This document shows, in pieces, positions 8,926 through 18,664 of a stretch of DNA of 32,000 nt. This stretch comes from Promethearchaeum syntrophicum (GTDB lineage Archaea; Asgardarchaeota; Lokiarchaeia; Sigyniarchaeales; Promethearchaeaceae): positions 2,790,001-2,822,000 of the forward strand of contig NZ_CP042905.2 in assembly GCF_008000775.2 (NCBI RefSeq), given 5' to 3'. The notes below the pieces were generated by a model. It was not told the DNA's origin. It searched no databases and saw nothing but the letters and a program-made list of their open reading frames with translations. Each line of letters begins with the position of its first letter. Position 1 is the first letter of the stretch. Position numbers and translations under genes: made by a program.

Positions 8926-10380
8926 GTGAAAAAAATGGTTATCGATGTTAAAAAAGAACAACCCCGTTTAGATCAAGCCATTCAACCGATGAGCAGATTA
9001 AATAACAAAATAATGCTTCCGTTGAATAAAATACCGAAACAATGGATGAATATCGCTCCATTTCTCCCAGAAAAACCCTATCCATGCTTACTTCCAAATG
9101 GAATGCCTGCAACTCCAGACATCATGAATCAAATTTTCCCTACTGAATGCGTTAAACAAGCTATGTCAGCAGAAGAATTTATTGATATTCCAAGAGAGGT
9201 TAGAGAAGCGTTTGCATTATGTAACAGACCCACCCCATTGGTACGAGCATTTAGATTGGAGAAGGCTTTAGGTCTCGATAGTGATAGAATAAAAATTTTC
9301 TATAAAGGCGAATACGTGAGTCCAACGGGAAGTCATAAAGGAAATACTGCGATTGCCCAAGCATTTTATGCTAAAAAAGACAAAATAAAAGGTTTAACAA
9401 CCGAAACTGGAGCAGGTCAATGGGGTAGCGCATTATCCATGGCGGGAACAATGATGGATTTAGAGGTCAAAATATTCCAAGTTCGCGCCTCCTATTATGA
9501 TAAACCTGGAAGAAGAGTCCTAATGAATAATTTTGGTGCGGATTTAGTTCCATCCCCATCAGATCAAACAGAAGTTGGTAAAGCATTCTATAATAAAAAT
9601 CCAAATCATCCGGGAAGTCTAGGAATTGCAATTAGTGAAGCGTTGGAACTTGCGATGAAAACTCCAGAGTATAAGTATTCTTTGGGATCTGTTTTAGATT
9701 TTGTATGTTTGCATCAAACAGTTATTGGTCTTGAAGCCAAAGAACAGATGTCAATTGCAGGAGAATATCCTGATGTCGTAATTGGATGTGTTGGAGGGGG
9801 AAGCAATTTTAGTGGATTAGCTTTTCCTTTTCTGAAAGATAAATTGCAAGGAATAAAAACTGAGACAAAATTCATAGGAGCAGAACCAACTGCCTGTCCA
9901 TCTATTACCAAAGGAAAATACGCATGGGATTTTGGAGATTCTGCAAAAATAGCACCGATTGCTAAGATGTTTACTTTAGGACATACGTTTATTCCACCTG
10001 CAGTTCATGCCGGAGGTTTACGCTATCATGGTGCAGCCCCACTTTTATCGATGCTCGCCAATCACGATTTAGTTTCATCTGAAATGTTCCACCAAACGAA
10101 AGCAATTAAAACTGGAATGCTATTTTCTCGAACTGAAGGCATCTTACCAGCTGTAGAAACTTGTCATGCAATCGCGTCAGCCATTGATAAAGCATTGGAG
10201 GCAAAAGACGAAGGAAAAAAATGCACTATTTTATTTAATTTCTCAGGACATGGCCATTTTGATACACATGCCTATAAAGCGCTTCAAGATAAGAAATTGA
10301 TTGATTTTGAATATCCAAATGAAGCAATTGAAGCAGCATTAAAGAATTTACCTGCTGTGGATGAATCGAAATTTATGTAA
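8926..10380 (+). CDS. trpB2: Tryptophan synthase beta chain, TrpB2 type
   Basis: 'NRPTPLVRAFRLEKALG', 'YKGEYVSPTGSHKGNTAIAQAFYAKK', 'TTETGAGQWGSALSMAG', 'CVGGGSNFSGLAFPF', 'HAGGLRYHGAAPLLS'; TrpB2-like N-terminal extension; GTG 8926 or ATG 8935 start. Confidence 0.93.
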   Translation: MKKMVIDVKKEQPRLDQAIQPMSRLNNKIMLPLNKIPKQWMNIAPFLPEKPYPCLLPNGMPATPDIMNQIFPTECVKQAMSAEEFIDIPREVREAFALCNRPTPLVRAFRLEKALGLDSDRIKIFYKGEYVSPTGSHKGNTAIAQAFYAKKDKIKGLTTETGAGQWGSALSMAGTMMDLEVKIFQVRASYYDKPGRRVLMNNFGADLVPSPSDQTEVGKAFYNKNPNHPGSLGIAISEALELAMKTPEYKYSLGSVLDFVCLHQTVIGLEAKEQMSIAGEYPDVVIGCVGGGSNFSGLAFPFLKDKLQGIKTETKFIGAEPTACPSITKGKYAWDFGDSAKIAPIAKMFTLGHTFIPPAVHAGGLRYHGAAPLLSMLANHDLVSSEMFHQTKAIKTGMLFSRTEGILPAVETCHAIASAIDKALEAKDEGKKCTILFNFSGHGHFDTHAYKALQDKKLIDFEYPNEAIEAALKNLPAVDESKFM

Positions 10381-10485
10381 TCTAAATAAATTTTTTTTAT
10401 TCCTTTTTCTTTCTGATTCAAAGAGTCCTTTAAAAAAATCAATAAAAGTTAATTCATTTCACGGTTTTTAGACTTAAGAATAATC

Positions 10486-11016
10486 CTACATAAAAGGCTC
10501 AATATCAACAGGTAATCCTACTCTCATAAAAAAACGTGCAAAAGCTTGCGAGAGATGTTCCTTGTAAGGTGAGAGTAGCCTTAGTCTTTCTTCTTGCTTT
10601 TTGGAATATTCAATTAAATAATTTAAGGGGACACTAAATACATCCCGGAAATCTACAATTATATAATCTAATTCAAAATTTTCTAAAGTACATTTAGTTA
10701 ATAGGTGGTAATTTGGCTGATTTCCTTTCCTGAGTTTTTCTTTATTCCTATTAGAGTGGAACCAAGGATTCTCTGATTCAATTTCAGATAGAGACCAAAA
10801 AGGACATACTAAAACATTTTCTAACTTTTTATTAATTATATCACAAGATTGACTCATTATGATAACATCATATTCTGAATAATTAGCTGTTATAATTTCT
10901 TTTTTTGTATCATGGAAAGGTTGCAAAATAGGGCATGAAAATACAAAATCACCTTGACTTAATCCATCTTTACTTTTTACTATATAATACCACGGATATT
11001 CAATTAGATCTTTCAT
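10486..11016 (-). CDS. Hypothetical protein with 'GDFVFSCPI...VIIMSQSCDI' motif
   Basis: 176-aa ORF, no opposing credible gene; resembles widespread uncharacterised proteins with GD-x-(n)-SQSCDI. Confidence 0.65.
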   Translation of the reverse strand: MKDLIEYPWYYIVKSKDGLSQGDFVFSCPILQPFHDTKKEIITANYSEYDVIIMSQSCDIINKKLENVLVCPFWSLSEIESENPWFHSNRNKEKLRKGNQPNYHLLTKCTLENFELDYIIVDFRDVFSVPLNYLIEYSKKQEERLRLLSPYKEHLSQAFARFFMRVGLPVDIEPFM

Positions 11017-11045
11017 TTTTTATACCTTCGTTAAATTTTCAGAGA

Positions 11046-11312
11046 TTAATCACTCCACTCTTCAGGATATAATCGTATTTTCGGTTTTTTTCTTGAGATT
11101 ATTTTAACTTGGACTAGTTCTTTCTTAGGTTTTGGGGATCTTGGTTGTGAAGAAAATATTTTATCCATGAAATTAGGATCCTTAGTGGCTTTTTCCACAA
11201 TTTTATCCAAAAGTTCAGATTGGTTAACTTTGTAATTATGATCAAGTAATAACTCTGCTTGGGTCTTTTCAATTCGTTCTTTTGTTTTTTTACTAACTTT
11301 AATTGATTGCAT
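11046..11312 (-). CDS. Small ribbon-helix-helix-like protein
   Basis: 'MQSIKVSKKTKERIEKTQAELLLDHNYKVNQSELLDKIVEKA' has RHH-like spacing; basic C-terminus; 29-nt gap to next gene. Confidence 0.6.
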   Translation of the reverse strand: MQSIKVSKKTKERIEKTQAELLLDHNYKVNQSELLDKIVEKATKDPNFMDKIFSSQPRSPKPKKELVQVKIISRKKPKIRLYPEEWSD

Positions 11313-11409
11313 ATATTCCCCTCAGTAGAATAGTAGAACTTTCCACTTATATATATTTCGTTTTTTTTTGAAATAAAAAATCTCATTGAATTTTTATCTT
11401 TTCTTTCTT

Positions 11410-12006
11410 TCAGGGTTTCCAATTCTGAATTTTTTGAAATAACTCTTTTAGCAATTTTTCACGCTGAGGGTTAACAAAACCCATACTAATTTCTTCAGAA
11501 AGATCCAAATATTTCTTTAAAAGGTATTCAAAACCTGCATTATCTCTGCTGAGTCGTTCACGTTCCAAAATAGACACAAAAATATCATAGATTTGATCGA
11601 CCTGCTCATCTTTAACATAGCTTTTAAAGGTTGATTCTACTTCATACAAATCAGGTGCAACAGAATATCGGTCAGTTTCTAACCAAAACCCGAAACCTAT
11701 TCTACTATTTCTGTGATCTGATACATAAAACTCATATTTTAATTTGTCAGAGAAATGCAAATAAACTGAACCGTTTCCTTTGAAAGAGATGAGGATCTCA
11801 TCAAAAAACTCGATTGGTTGCGAATTTATTATTTTCCATACATCTTTATAATGTTTCTCGATAAATCTGATTTTTTTTCGCCGGATAATAGTACTATCTT
11901 CAGGGATCGGGGAGGGATATACAATTGTTGTCCCTTTTATTTCCTCTGTCTTCGATTCCAAATTTTGTGCATCTTTATCTTGTTTCTTAATGTATGTTTT
12001 TTTCAT
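11410..12006 (-). CDS. Hypothetical protein
   Basis: 198-aa ORF, same strand and close to the two preceding minus-strand genes; no recognised motif. Confidence 0.65.
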   Translation of the reverse strand: MKKTYIKKQDKDAQNLESKTEEIKGTTIVYPSPIPEDSTIIRRKKIRFIEKHYKDVWKIINSQPIEFFDEILISFKGNGSVYLHFSDKLKYEFYVSDHRNSRIGFGFWLETDRYSVAPDLYEVESTFKSYVKDEQVDQIYDIFVSILERERLSRDNAGFEYLLKKYLDLSEEISMGFVNPQREKLLKELFQKIQNWKP

Positions 12007-12504
12007 GTTAATTCATTTCTTACTACGAAGATCTTCATAATCATACCAAGTATATTTTAATTGTGCTTAGCTGATAAAATATTCATTTTCGAATATATAA
12101 ATTAATGGATAATAACGAGTTTATATTCGTTTTCTTTTTTAATCAAAATTCTCGCGATCAAAAGGGTGGCCCTTATATCTTTCGGTAACTATTTTTTTTA
12201 GTTTACATATAATTATCTTGATAAAATTTCAATATAGACTGGATTACTTCTGAATTTGAATAATTTGAAATGAGAAATCTTATAATTTTAATTTAAAACC
12301 TCGGAATAGAAATTTAATTAAAGATTTTTTTTGTTAGAATTTTTCCAACACGACATTAAAGAAGTTTCCAATTGTGTTATTAGCTCATTAACATATTGTC
12401 GAAAAAAAAAATTTTTTAGGTTTCAATCTTCCAATAGGACTTCTCTCCCTTGAGAATTTTGAGAAGAATTTTAACTAATCAAGGACTTCTATTTTCTATA
12501 AAAT

Positions 12505-13725
12505 ATGAGTGAAAATTCGCAACCAATCTCAATTGAAACGAAATTATCCTTTAAAACAATCAGAAAAAACATATTGTTGATGTTTTTTATCAGTTTTATT
12601 TCTGCTTTGGAATTTTTCGGACCAATTTTTACTTTGTATCTGGAAGAAAAACTAGATTCAGGGATTTTAATTTCGGCAATTTTTGTTGGGGGAGCCTTGA
12701 CGATTGTGATCCTTGAAGGGCCTAGCGGAGCTTTTGGAGATCTGTTAGGACGAAAAAAAGCACTGATTATTGCAGCCTTTGGACATGTTCTCGCATTGCT
12801 ATTCTTAATTGTTGGAGGTAGCGTTTTCTGGTTGTTATTTTTCAAGATTATCGAATCGATAGCGTTAAGTTTATGGTCAGGTATTGACATTGCACTAATT
12901 TATGATACTTTGCTACATAAACCCAAAGAAGGAAAAGTTTCATTCAAAAAAATCATTGGAATATATAACATGCTTTGGCCATCTGGGGCTATCTTAGGCG
13001 CGTTAGTAGGTGGTATACTTGCAGAAAAATCATTACTTCTACCTTTTATATATACCTTGATACCGTGGGGAATTTGCACTGGTTTAGCATTGGGTTTAAC
13101 CGAACCACCTTACGAAAAGCCAGTGCATCAATCATTCCTATTTCAAATGAAGAATTCTGCGAAAACGATATTTAAAAATCGAGATTTAATTCTATTGATT
13201 CTTACTGGTTTTTTAGCGTTTGCAACCTTAGAAGTTCCATTTCAGTTTCGTTCCATTTTTTTTGATGCACGGGGAATTTCTCCAACTTATTTAGGGATTC
13301 TTTCAGCTTTGTCCTATGTGTTTAGTTTGTTAGGAAGTTTTTTTTCCGATGGCATCAGTTCACGGATTGGGGATAAGCTTACATTAATTCTCTCCCAAGC
13401 TCTTCATGGACTCTTTATTTTGATTGTTACTTTTATTACAAATCCCTACATATTTATTGGTATTTATGTGTTTAGTTCTTTTTTTTGGGGAGTTCGATGG
13501 CCCGTTCTATCGTATGAAATTAATAAGAGGATAAAATCTAGTGAACGTGCGACAATAAATTCCTTTTTTAATCTCGGAAAAGAAGCAGCCTTGGTTATTT
13601 TCATGCCAATTTTTGGAGGAATTATGGATATTGCAGACATTACAATTGCATTTCAGATTTTTACAATCTTACAATTCGGGGCAGCATTTTTATTAGTGAG
13701 ATTATCAAAAATAAATGATTCGTAA
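12505..13725 (+). CDS. MFS transporter
   Basis: About 12 hydrophobic segments; 'GDLLGRKKALIIAAFGH' loop 2-3 motif, 'DGISSRIGDKLTLILSQ'. Confidence 0.9.
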   Translation: MSENSQPISIETKLSFKTIRKNILLMFFISFISALEFFGPIFTLYLEEKLDSGILISAIFVGGALTIVILEGPSGAFGDLLGRKKALIIAAFGHVLALLFLIVGGSVFWLLFFKIIESIALSLWSGIDIALIYDTLLHKPKEGKVSFKKIIGIYNMLWPSGAILGALVGGILAEKSLLLPFIYTLIPWGICTGLALGLTEPPYEKPVHQSFLFQMKNSAKTIFKNRDLILLILTGFLAFATLEVPFQFRSIFFDARGISPTYLGILSALSYVFSLLGSFFSDGISSRIGDKLTLILSQALHGLFILIVTFITNPYIFIGIYVFSSFFWGVRWPVLSYEINKRIKSSERATINSFFNLGKEAALVIFMPIFGGIMDIADITIAFQIFTILQFGAAFLLVRLSKINDS

Positions 13726-13743
13726 TTAAGTCTCCCAGTTATG

Positions 13744-14499
13744 TTATAAGAAGCGCGATAAAGATCTGCGTGAATAATATCGACAGAATTTTCTACAAAA
13801 GCATTTATTACAGATAGGAGAGTTTGCTTTACATAGAACGGCGCCAAAATCCATTATTCCTTGGTTAAATTCCCAATACTTTTCATCAGGTAATAGTTGA
13901 TCTGCTAGAAACCAATATATTTTTGATAATTCAGATGGACTTTGAATATGAATATCTTGCAAAAAAATTCGTCTATATACTCGTTCCACGTTTGTATCTA
14001 CTAAAGGCGCGCGAATATTAAGTGCAAAAGTCATAACTGCGCCTGTAGTATACTCTCCGATTCCAGGAAGAGCAAGAATTTCCGATTTAGTAGATGGAAA
14101 CATACCGTCATAGTCATTCATTATGATTTTGGCAATTTTTTGAAGATTTCGGGCACGATTATAATAACCTAATCCTTTCCATAACTCTATCACCGTATCT
14201 TCTGAAATCTCTTCAAGCGTCGCAAAATCAGGAATTTGATCCAAGAATTGATGATAATATTCAATAACTCGGTCAACTTGGGTCTGTTGTAACATTATTT
14301 CTGAAAGTAGAATTTTATATGGATCGCGCGTTTGTCGCCATGGGAGATCTCGTCCATGATGTTTAAACCACTCGATGAGATTCTTACTAAAATAATCTTG
14401 AATTAGTCTAAATTCATCTCTGTTTCCAAATAAATTCCATTTTTTTATAGATTTTAAATTTGAAGGAACTGGATGGAGTTTCAATGAATCCATTTTCAC
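13744..14499 (-). CDS. mutY: MutY-like adenine DNA glycosylase (HhH-GPD), without C-terminal MutT-like domain
   Basis: 'GRDLPWRQTRDPYKILLSEIMLQQTQVDRV', 'WKGLGYYNRARNL', 'LPGIGEYTTGAV...VDTNVERV', C-x6-C-x2-C-x5-C (CKANSPICNKCFCRKFC). Confidence 0.88.
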   Translation of the reverse strand: MKMDSLKLHPVPSNLKSIKKWNLFGNRDEFRLIQDYFSKNLIEWFKHHGRDLPWRQTRDPYKILLSEIMLQQTQVDRVIEYYHQFLDQIPDFATLEEISEDTVIELWKGLGYYNRARNLQKIAKIIMNDYDGMFPSTKSEILALPGIGEYTTGAVMTFALNIRAPLVDTNVERVYRRIFLQDIHIQSPSELSKIYWFLADQLLPDEKYWEFNQGIMDFGAVLCKANSPICNKCFCRKFCRYYSRRSLSRFL

Positions 14500-14587
14500 T
14501 TGAATTAAACTAAATAATTAAAAAAGTTTTCTGATTAAACTACTAAACTTATTCAACTAAAGGCGTTAAAAAGAACTCAAATCGAGT

Positions 14588-14974
14588 TTATTCAATATTT
14601 TGTTTCATCTGGGAGTAAATTATAAATACTATTCCCGGAATCAAGAAGGGGATGCAAAATATTGAACCCATGGTTAATTTGAGACTACCTGCATCATATA
14701 TTACATAAGCCCCCATACATAGGCTTAGGGTAGTCATAGCAATTCCTCCAATTAATTCCCCTCTTTTTTTTGGAAACCAGGTAATAATATAGGAGATCAA
14801 CTGTAGTGGAATCATAATTACCATAGGTAAAACTTCGAGAAAATCCCCACTATTTGTATCTGTAGAGTTCTCCTCAAGAATCGATCCAATAGCTACAAAT
14901 AGAAGACCGCCGGTAAAAATTAAAACCACGAAACCTCCTAAAATTCTCCCAAACCAAAGTAAAATTTTTGACAT
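14588..14974 (-). CDS. Small four-TM membrane protein, unknown
   Basis: 128-aa ORF with hydrophobic segments. Confidence 0.6.
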   Translation of the reverse strand: MSKILLWFGRILGGFVVLIFTGGLLFVAIGSILEENSTDTNSGDFLEVLPMVIMIPLQLISYIITWFPKKRGELIGGIAMTTLSLCMGAYVIYDAGSLKLTMGSIFCIPFLIPGIVFIIYSQMKQNIE

Positions 14975-15046
14975 GTTCCAATCCTAATTGGGTGTTTTTC
15001 TATTTAAAATTTTTCTGGAATAATTTAAGTTTTAGAATTTCCTTCC

Positions 15047-15940
15047 TCATAATTTTTTTTCGAATAAAACGACACCTGATGGTTTTCCTTCAACATATGA
15101 AAACCCGAGTTTTTGAATTGGTTGAGAAAGTGCTTTTGGACAAAAAACTCGAATAGATAATTTGTTGAAATCTTGTTTTCTATTTCTTTCTTGAATTAAT
15201 ACTTTTTGAAGAAGAATAGTTGCTTTTGAAACATTTCCATATATAATGAACCAAATTTCATCAGTTAACGGGTTTTCTCCTTCTAATGAAGCTTCTGATC
15301 CTATTTTTAAAATCAGTGCTGCATCATTTCTTATCCATGTGCCTTCTATCTTAGAAACTTGCTGCAAATTAAAAGGTTTATATGACCACCCTGCACTAAT
15401 TTCAGTTACAGGACCATTGGGGATTTCTTCTAAAAATTCAAAAGCTTCTTCTGGAGATACCTCAATAAATGGAGATGATTTGAAATTATCCAGAGAAATC
15501 TTACTTAATTCCCCTTCAAGTAACTCCATATAATCTTTTTGATAGTATCCCAAGGATTTTGCGAGACCAACAGATCCACTATTTTGAGTAAATGTATCAT
15601 ATTGGATATACTTGTATTTCATATTTTTTGCATAATTAATACAATATTGTGTTAAAATTTTACCGATTCCCTTTCGTTGATATTCTTCGGCAACTCTACC
15701 ACCTTCCATCCAGGCATATTCTTCAGATATATATTTAACACTACCCAATGCAATCAGATGAGATTTTTCTGCATCGATAAAGGCTCCAAAAGTAAATCTT
15801 TTTTCTTCTAAAATCCAAGATTTGATTATTTTAGGTAAATAATCTTCAGATATATCATTTTCATCCTTCCAGATGTTTTTACATATATCAAATACGGCAG
15901 GAAGATCATTTAAATTAAGTTCCCGAAAGAAGAGTTGCAT
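15047..15940 (-). CDS. GNAT-family N-acetyltransferase
   Basis: 'EGGRVAEEYQRKGIGKILTQYCINYAKNMKYKYIQYDTFTQNSGSVGLAKSLGY' contains GNAT acetyl-CoA motif; C-terminal extension. Confidence 0.85.
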   Translation of the reverse strand: MQLFFRELNLNDLPAVFDICKNIWKDENDISEDYLPKIIKSWILEEKRFTFGAFIDAEKSHLIALGSVKYISEEYAWMEGGRVAEEYQRKGIGKILTQYCINYAKNMKYKYIQYDTFTQNSGSVGLAKSLGYYQKDYMELLEGELSKISLDNFKSSPFIEVSPEEAFEFLEEIPNGPVTEISAGWSYKPFNLQQVSKIEGTWIRNDAALILKIGSEASLEGENPLTDEIWFIIYGNVSKATILLQKVLIQERNRKQDFNKLSIRVFCPKALSQPIQKLGFSYVEGKPSGVVLFEKKL

Positions 15941-16125
15941 ACAATTCTTTAAATTAATATATACTGAATAATTTTTTTTTTAATCTTTGTTTATGTTATT
16001 TTTGAAATATTTTGAAAAAAAAAACAAGTGCAAGTTCACTAATAGTAGGACAAGGTCCCAATTTTTTTCATTAATTACCTTAAATTCATCAGAATCCTCA
16101 TATAGAGGAAAGCCCTTATTTCCCT

Positions 16126-16704
16126 ATGAATTCATTTATTGATAAATCGCTATTTTGGAAAACATTCCCAGAGCTAACTACTCCACGACTGGAATTAAAA
16201 CAAATAACTTCGGATCATGCCCAAGATCTTCTTGCTTTTTGGGGGGAAGATACAGTGACACAATACACAGATTTTGAATCCTTTAAATCTATTAATAAAA
16301 TTCAAGATGTCATCAATTGGATCCAATCCCGTTTTGAAGAAAAGAATGGAATTCGATGGGGAATCTTTTTAAAAACAAATGGAAAAATGATCGGCACTTG
16401 TGGTTTTAATTCCTGGATCACCAAGCGCGGTAATAAATCCGAAATTGGATATGATTTACACCCTAAATATTGGCGTAGAGGTATTATGTATGAAGCTTTA
16501 ACTCACATGATCACCTACGGTTTTCAAACTATGAAACTGCATCGGATTGAAGCTCATGTTGATCCAGACAATATGGGATCACAAAAAATACTGGAAAAAC
16601 TTCAGTTTACAAAAGAAGGTTGTCTCCGGGAAAATGGTTTCTGGAAAGGTCGGTATTGGACAAATATTGTTTTTGGACTATTGGAACCAGAATTTTTTTT
16701 GTGA
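16126..16704 (+). CDS. RimJ/RimL-type GNAT acetyltransferase
   Basis: 'TPRLELKQITSDHAQDLLAFW', 'EIGYDLHPKYWRRGIMYEALTHMITYGF', 'NMGSQKILEKLQFTKEGCLREN'. Confidence 0.9.
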   Translation: MNSFIDKSLFWKTFPELTTPRLELKQITSDHAQDLLAFWGEDTVTQYTDFESFKSINKIQDVINWIQSRFEEKNGIRWGIFLKTNGKMIGTCGFNSWITKRGNKSEIGYDLHPKYWRRGIMYEALTHMITYGFQTMKLHRIEAHVDPDNMGSQKILEKLQFTKEGCLRENGFWKGRYWTNIVFGLLEPEFFL

Positions 16705-16759
16705 TTCTAATTATCTACGATCGGAAAAATTCTTATTTTAAATTACGTGAGGAATAACT

Positions 16760-18031
16760 ATGAAGGAAATTCCAGAAGTAGCTAAGAGATTTATTAGATA
16801 TGCAAAAATCGCTACTCAAAGTTCAGAGAAGACAAAGAAAATACCCAGCACTGAGAAACAATTTGATTTAGCAAATTTACTGGTTGAAGAACTTCGTGAA
16901 ATTGGGTTAAACGATATTGAACTAGATGAAAATTGTGTAGTTTATGCAACGATCCCTTCAAATCTCCCTTCGGAAATGGAATCGAAAGTCCCCGTAATAT
17001 GTTTTAATTCTCATATAGACACATCTACTAGTGAATCGGATGAGAATATACAACCGCAAGTTATAGATTACCCAGGGGGAGATATAATTTTACCGAAAGA
17101 TACAAGTTTTATAATTTCGCCGAAAGAGAATCCAGAATTAAATGATTATATTGGGACAAAAATAATTACAACTGACGGAACCACTCTTTTAGGAGCCGAT
17201 GACAAAGCAGGGATCGCTGAAATTATGACTGCAGCATCTATCTTAGTTAAATCAGGTTCGGATAAGCAACATGGAAAAATAAGATTGATGTTTTCTCCTG
17301 ATGAAGAAATTGGAGGGGGATATAAAGCTGTAGATTTGAAAAAACTGGGGGCTGATTTTGCATATACTGTAGATGGTGGTGAAATGGGAGGGTTAGAAAT
17401 TGCCAATTTCAATGCTGCTGAAGGAAGCATCGTAATTCAAGGTTATAATGTTCATCCAGGTTATGCTTTTGGTTTAATGAAAAACTCACTTCGCGCCATA
17501 CCTGAAATTCTAAAATTATTCCCTAATGAAATAGCTCCCGAAACAACCAAAGATATGGAACCTTATTATCACCCTGTTTCGATAAGGGGGGAGGTAGATA
17601 AGGTGTCCCTCATTTTTATATTGAGAAATTTTGAGGCTACAGATTTGGATAATCAAATAAAGCATTTGGAAGATGGGGTGAAGGAAGTGCAATCACACTA
17701 TCCAGATTTGAAAATTTCAATAAAAATTAAGAAAAGCTATAAAAACATGAAAGATATCCTTGACAAATACCCCTATATTGTTGAAATTGCACGAAAAGCG
17801 ATTCAAAAATCAGGTTTAAGAGTAATAGAAGCGCCAATTAGAGGGGGAACCGATGGGGCCAGATATTCCTACATGGGATTACCTACACCTAATATTTTCA
17901 CAGGAGGTTTCAATTTTCATTCAAAAAAGGAGTTTATCCCCATAATCGCAATGGAAAAAGCAGTTGAAACGATTGTAAATATTATTGATGTTGCCACAGA
18001 ATGGTTTTTAGACAATAATGAAAAATTTTAG
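16760..18031 (+). CDS. pepT: Peptidase T-like M20 metallopeptidase
   Basis: 'CFNSHIDTS', 'GADDKAGIAEIMTAA', 'LMFSPDEEIGGG', 'TVDGGEMG', 'APIRGGTDGARYSYMGLPTPNIFTGGFNFHSKKEFIPI'. Confidence 0.92.
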   Translation: MKEIPEVAKRFIRYAKIATQSSEKTKKIPSTEKQFDLANLLVEELREIGLNDIELDENCVVYATIPSNLPSEMESKVPVICFNSHIDTSTSESDENIQPQVIDYPGGDIILPKDTSFIISPKENPELNDYIGTKIITTDGTTLLGADDKAGIAEIMTAASILVKSGSDKQHGKIRLMFSPDEEIGGGYKAVDLKKLGADFAYTVDGGEMGGLEIANFNAAEGSIVIQGYNVHPGYAFGLMKNSLRAIPEILKLFPNEIAPETTKDMEPYYHPVSIRGEVDKVSLIFILRNFEATDLDNQIKHLEDGVKEVQSHYPDLKISIKIKKSYKNMKDILDKYPYIVEIARKAIQKSGLRVIEAPIRGGTDGARYSYMGLPTPNIFTGGFNFHSKKEFIPIIAMEKAVETIVNIIDVATEWFLDNNEKF

Positions 18032-18306
18032 GAATATTGAGAAACAGGTCCGAATTTGTTCACAATAAAGAGAGATTTTTTTATTTCATCAAACTCATTT
18101 CGAATCCACTCCAATAATAGTTCGCAATCTTGTTTTTCCTTTTCGATTTGTGGATTAGAACCGAACATTGATTTTTGGTATATTAGATCATCCAACTTTT
18201 TCTCAACTCGAACAAGGGCATGAGAGAATTTATCAAATAGATAGTTTAAATCATCACTTTTTGAATGATGTAATTTCTCAAGTTTTTTTTTTGAAAATTT
18301 CGGCAT
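18028..18306 (-). CDS. Small helical hypothetical protein
   Basis: 92-aa ORF, helical 'SKDLNYLFDKFSHALVRVEKKLDDLIYQ'; convergent with pepT, 4-nt overlap. Confidence 0.45.
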   Translation of the reverse strand: MPKFSKKKLEKLHHSKSDDLNYLFDKFSHALVRVEKKLDDLIYQKSMFGSNPQIEKEKQDCELLLEWIRNEFDEIKKSLFIVNKFGPVSQYS

Positions 18307-18664
18307 TTTTATTCCCCCTGAATAATATTTTTTTGATTATTTTATTGATTTTTTCCCTTTATACGTTTTTATTAATTCGCATAGTTATATTGATCATTTT
18401 CCAGTCAAATGCTTCAGAGATTTAAATACTAACTTAAAAAATATTTAACTCTGACCACCTATAAAACTTTCCAACTAATAATTTCTAAGAAGCTTTTTAT
18501 TTTGAAGTATTTCTTTTAGAAAGTTTCTAATATTTTTGCGTTTTTTTTTCCAACGCCAATATTACTAGATTAATATAAAATCGGATATAATTTTCGATAT
18601 AATCGCATATCCTTTATTTAAGAATCGACAAAAATATAAAATATTTAACCCTCACAAAAACATA

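Noticed and set aside
9714-9911. Plus-strand-listed ORF within trpB2
   Set aside because: Overlaps strongly conserved TrpB2 coding sequence; spurious.
11114-11422. Alternative minus-strand ORF overlapping 11046-11312
   Set aside because: Competes with the RHH-like frame, shows no domain features and is Lys/Asn/Ile-rich as expected by chance.
12121-12190. Slightly GC-richer block with AGGGtggCCCT mini-hairpin in the divergent spacer, considered as ncRNA
   Set aside because: Stem is only four base pairs and no extended fold or known RNA motif could be traced by eye.
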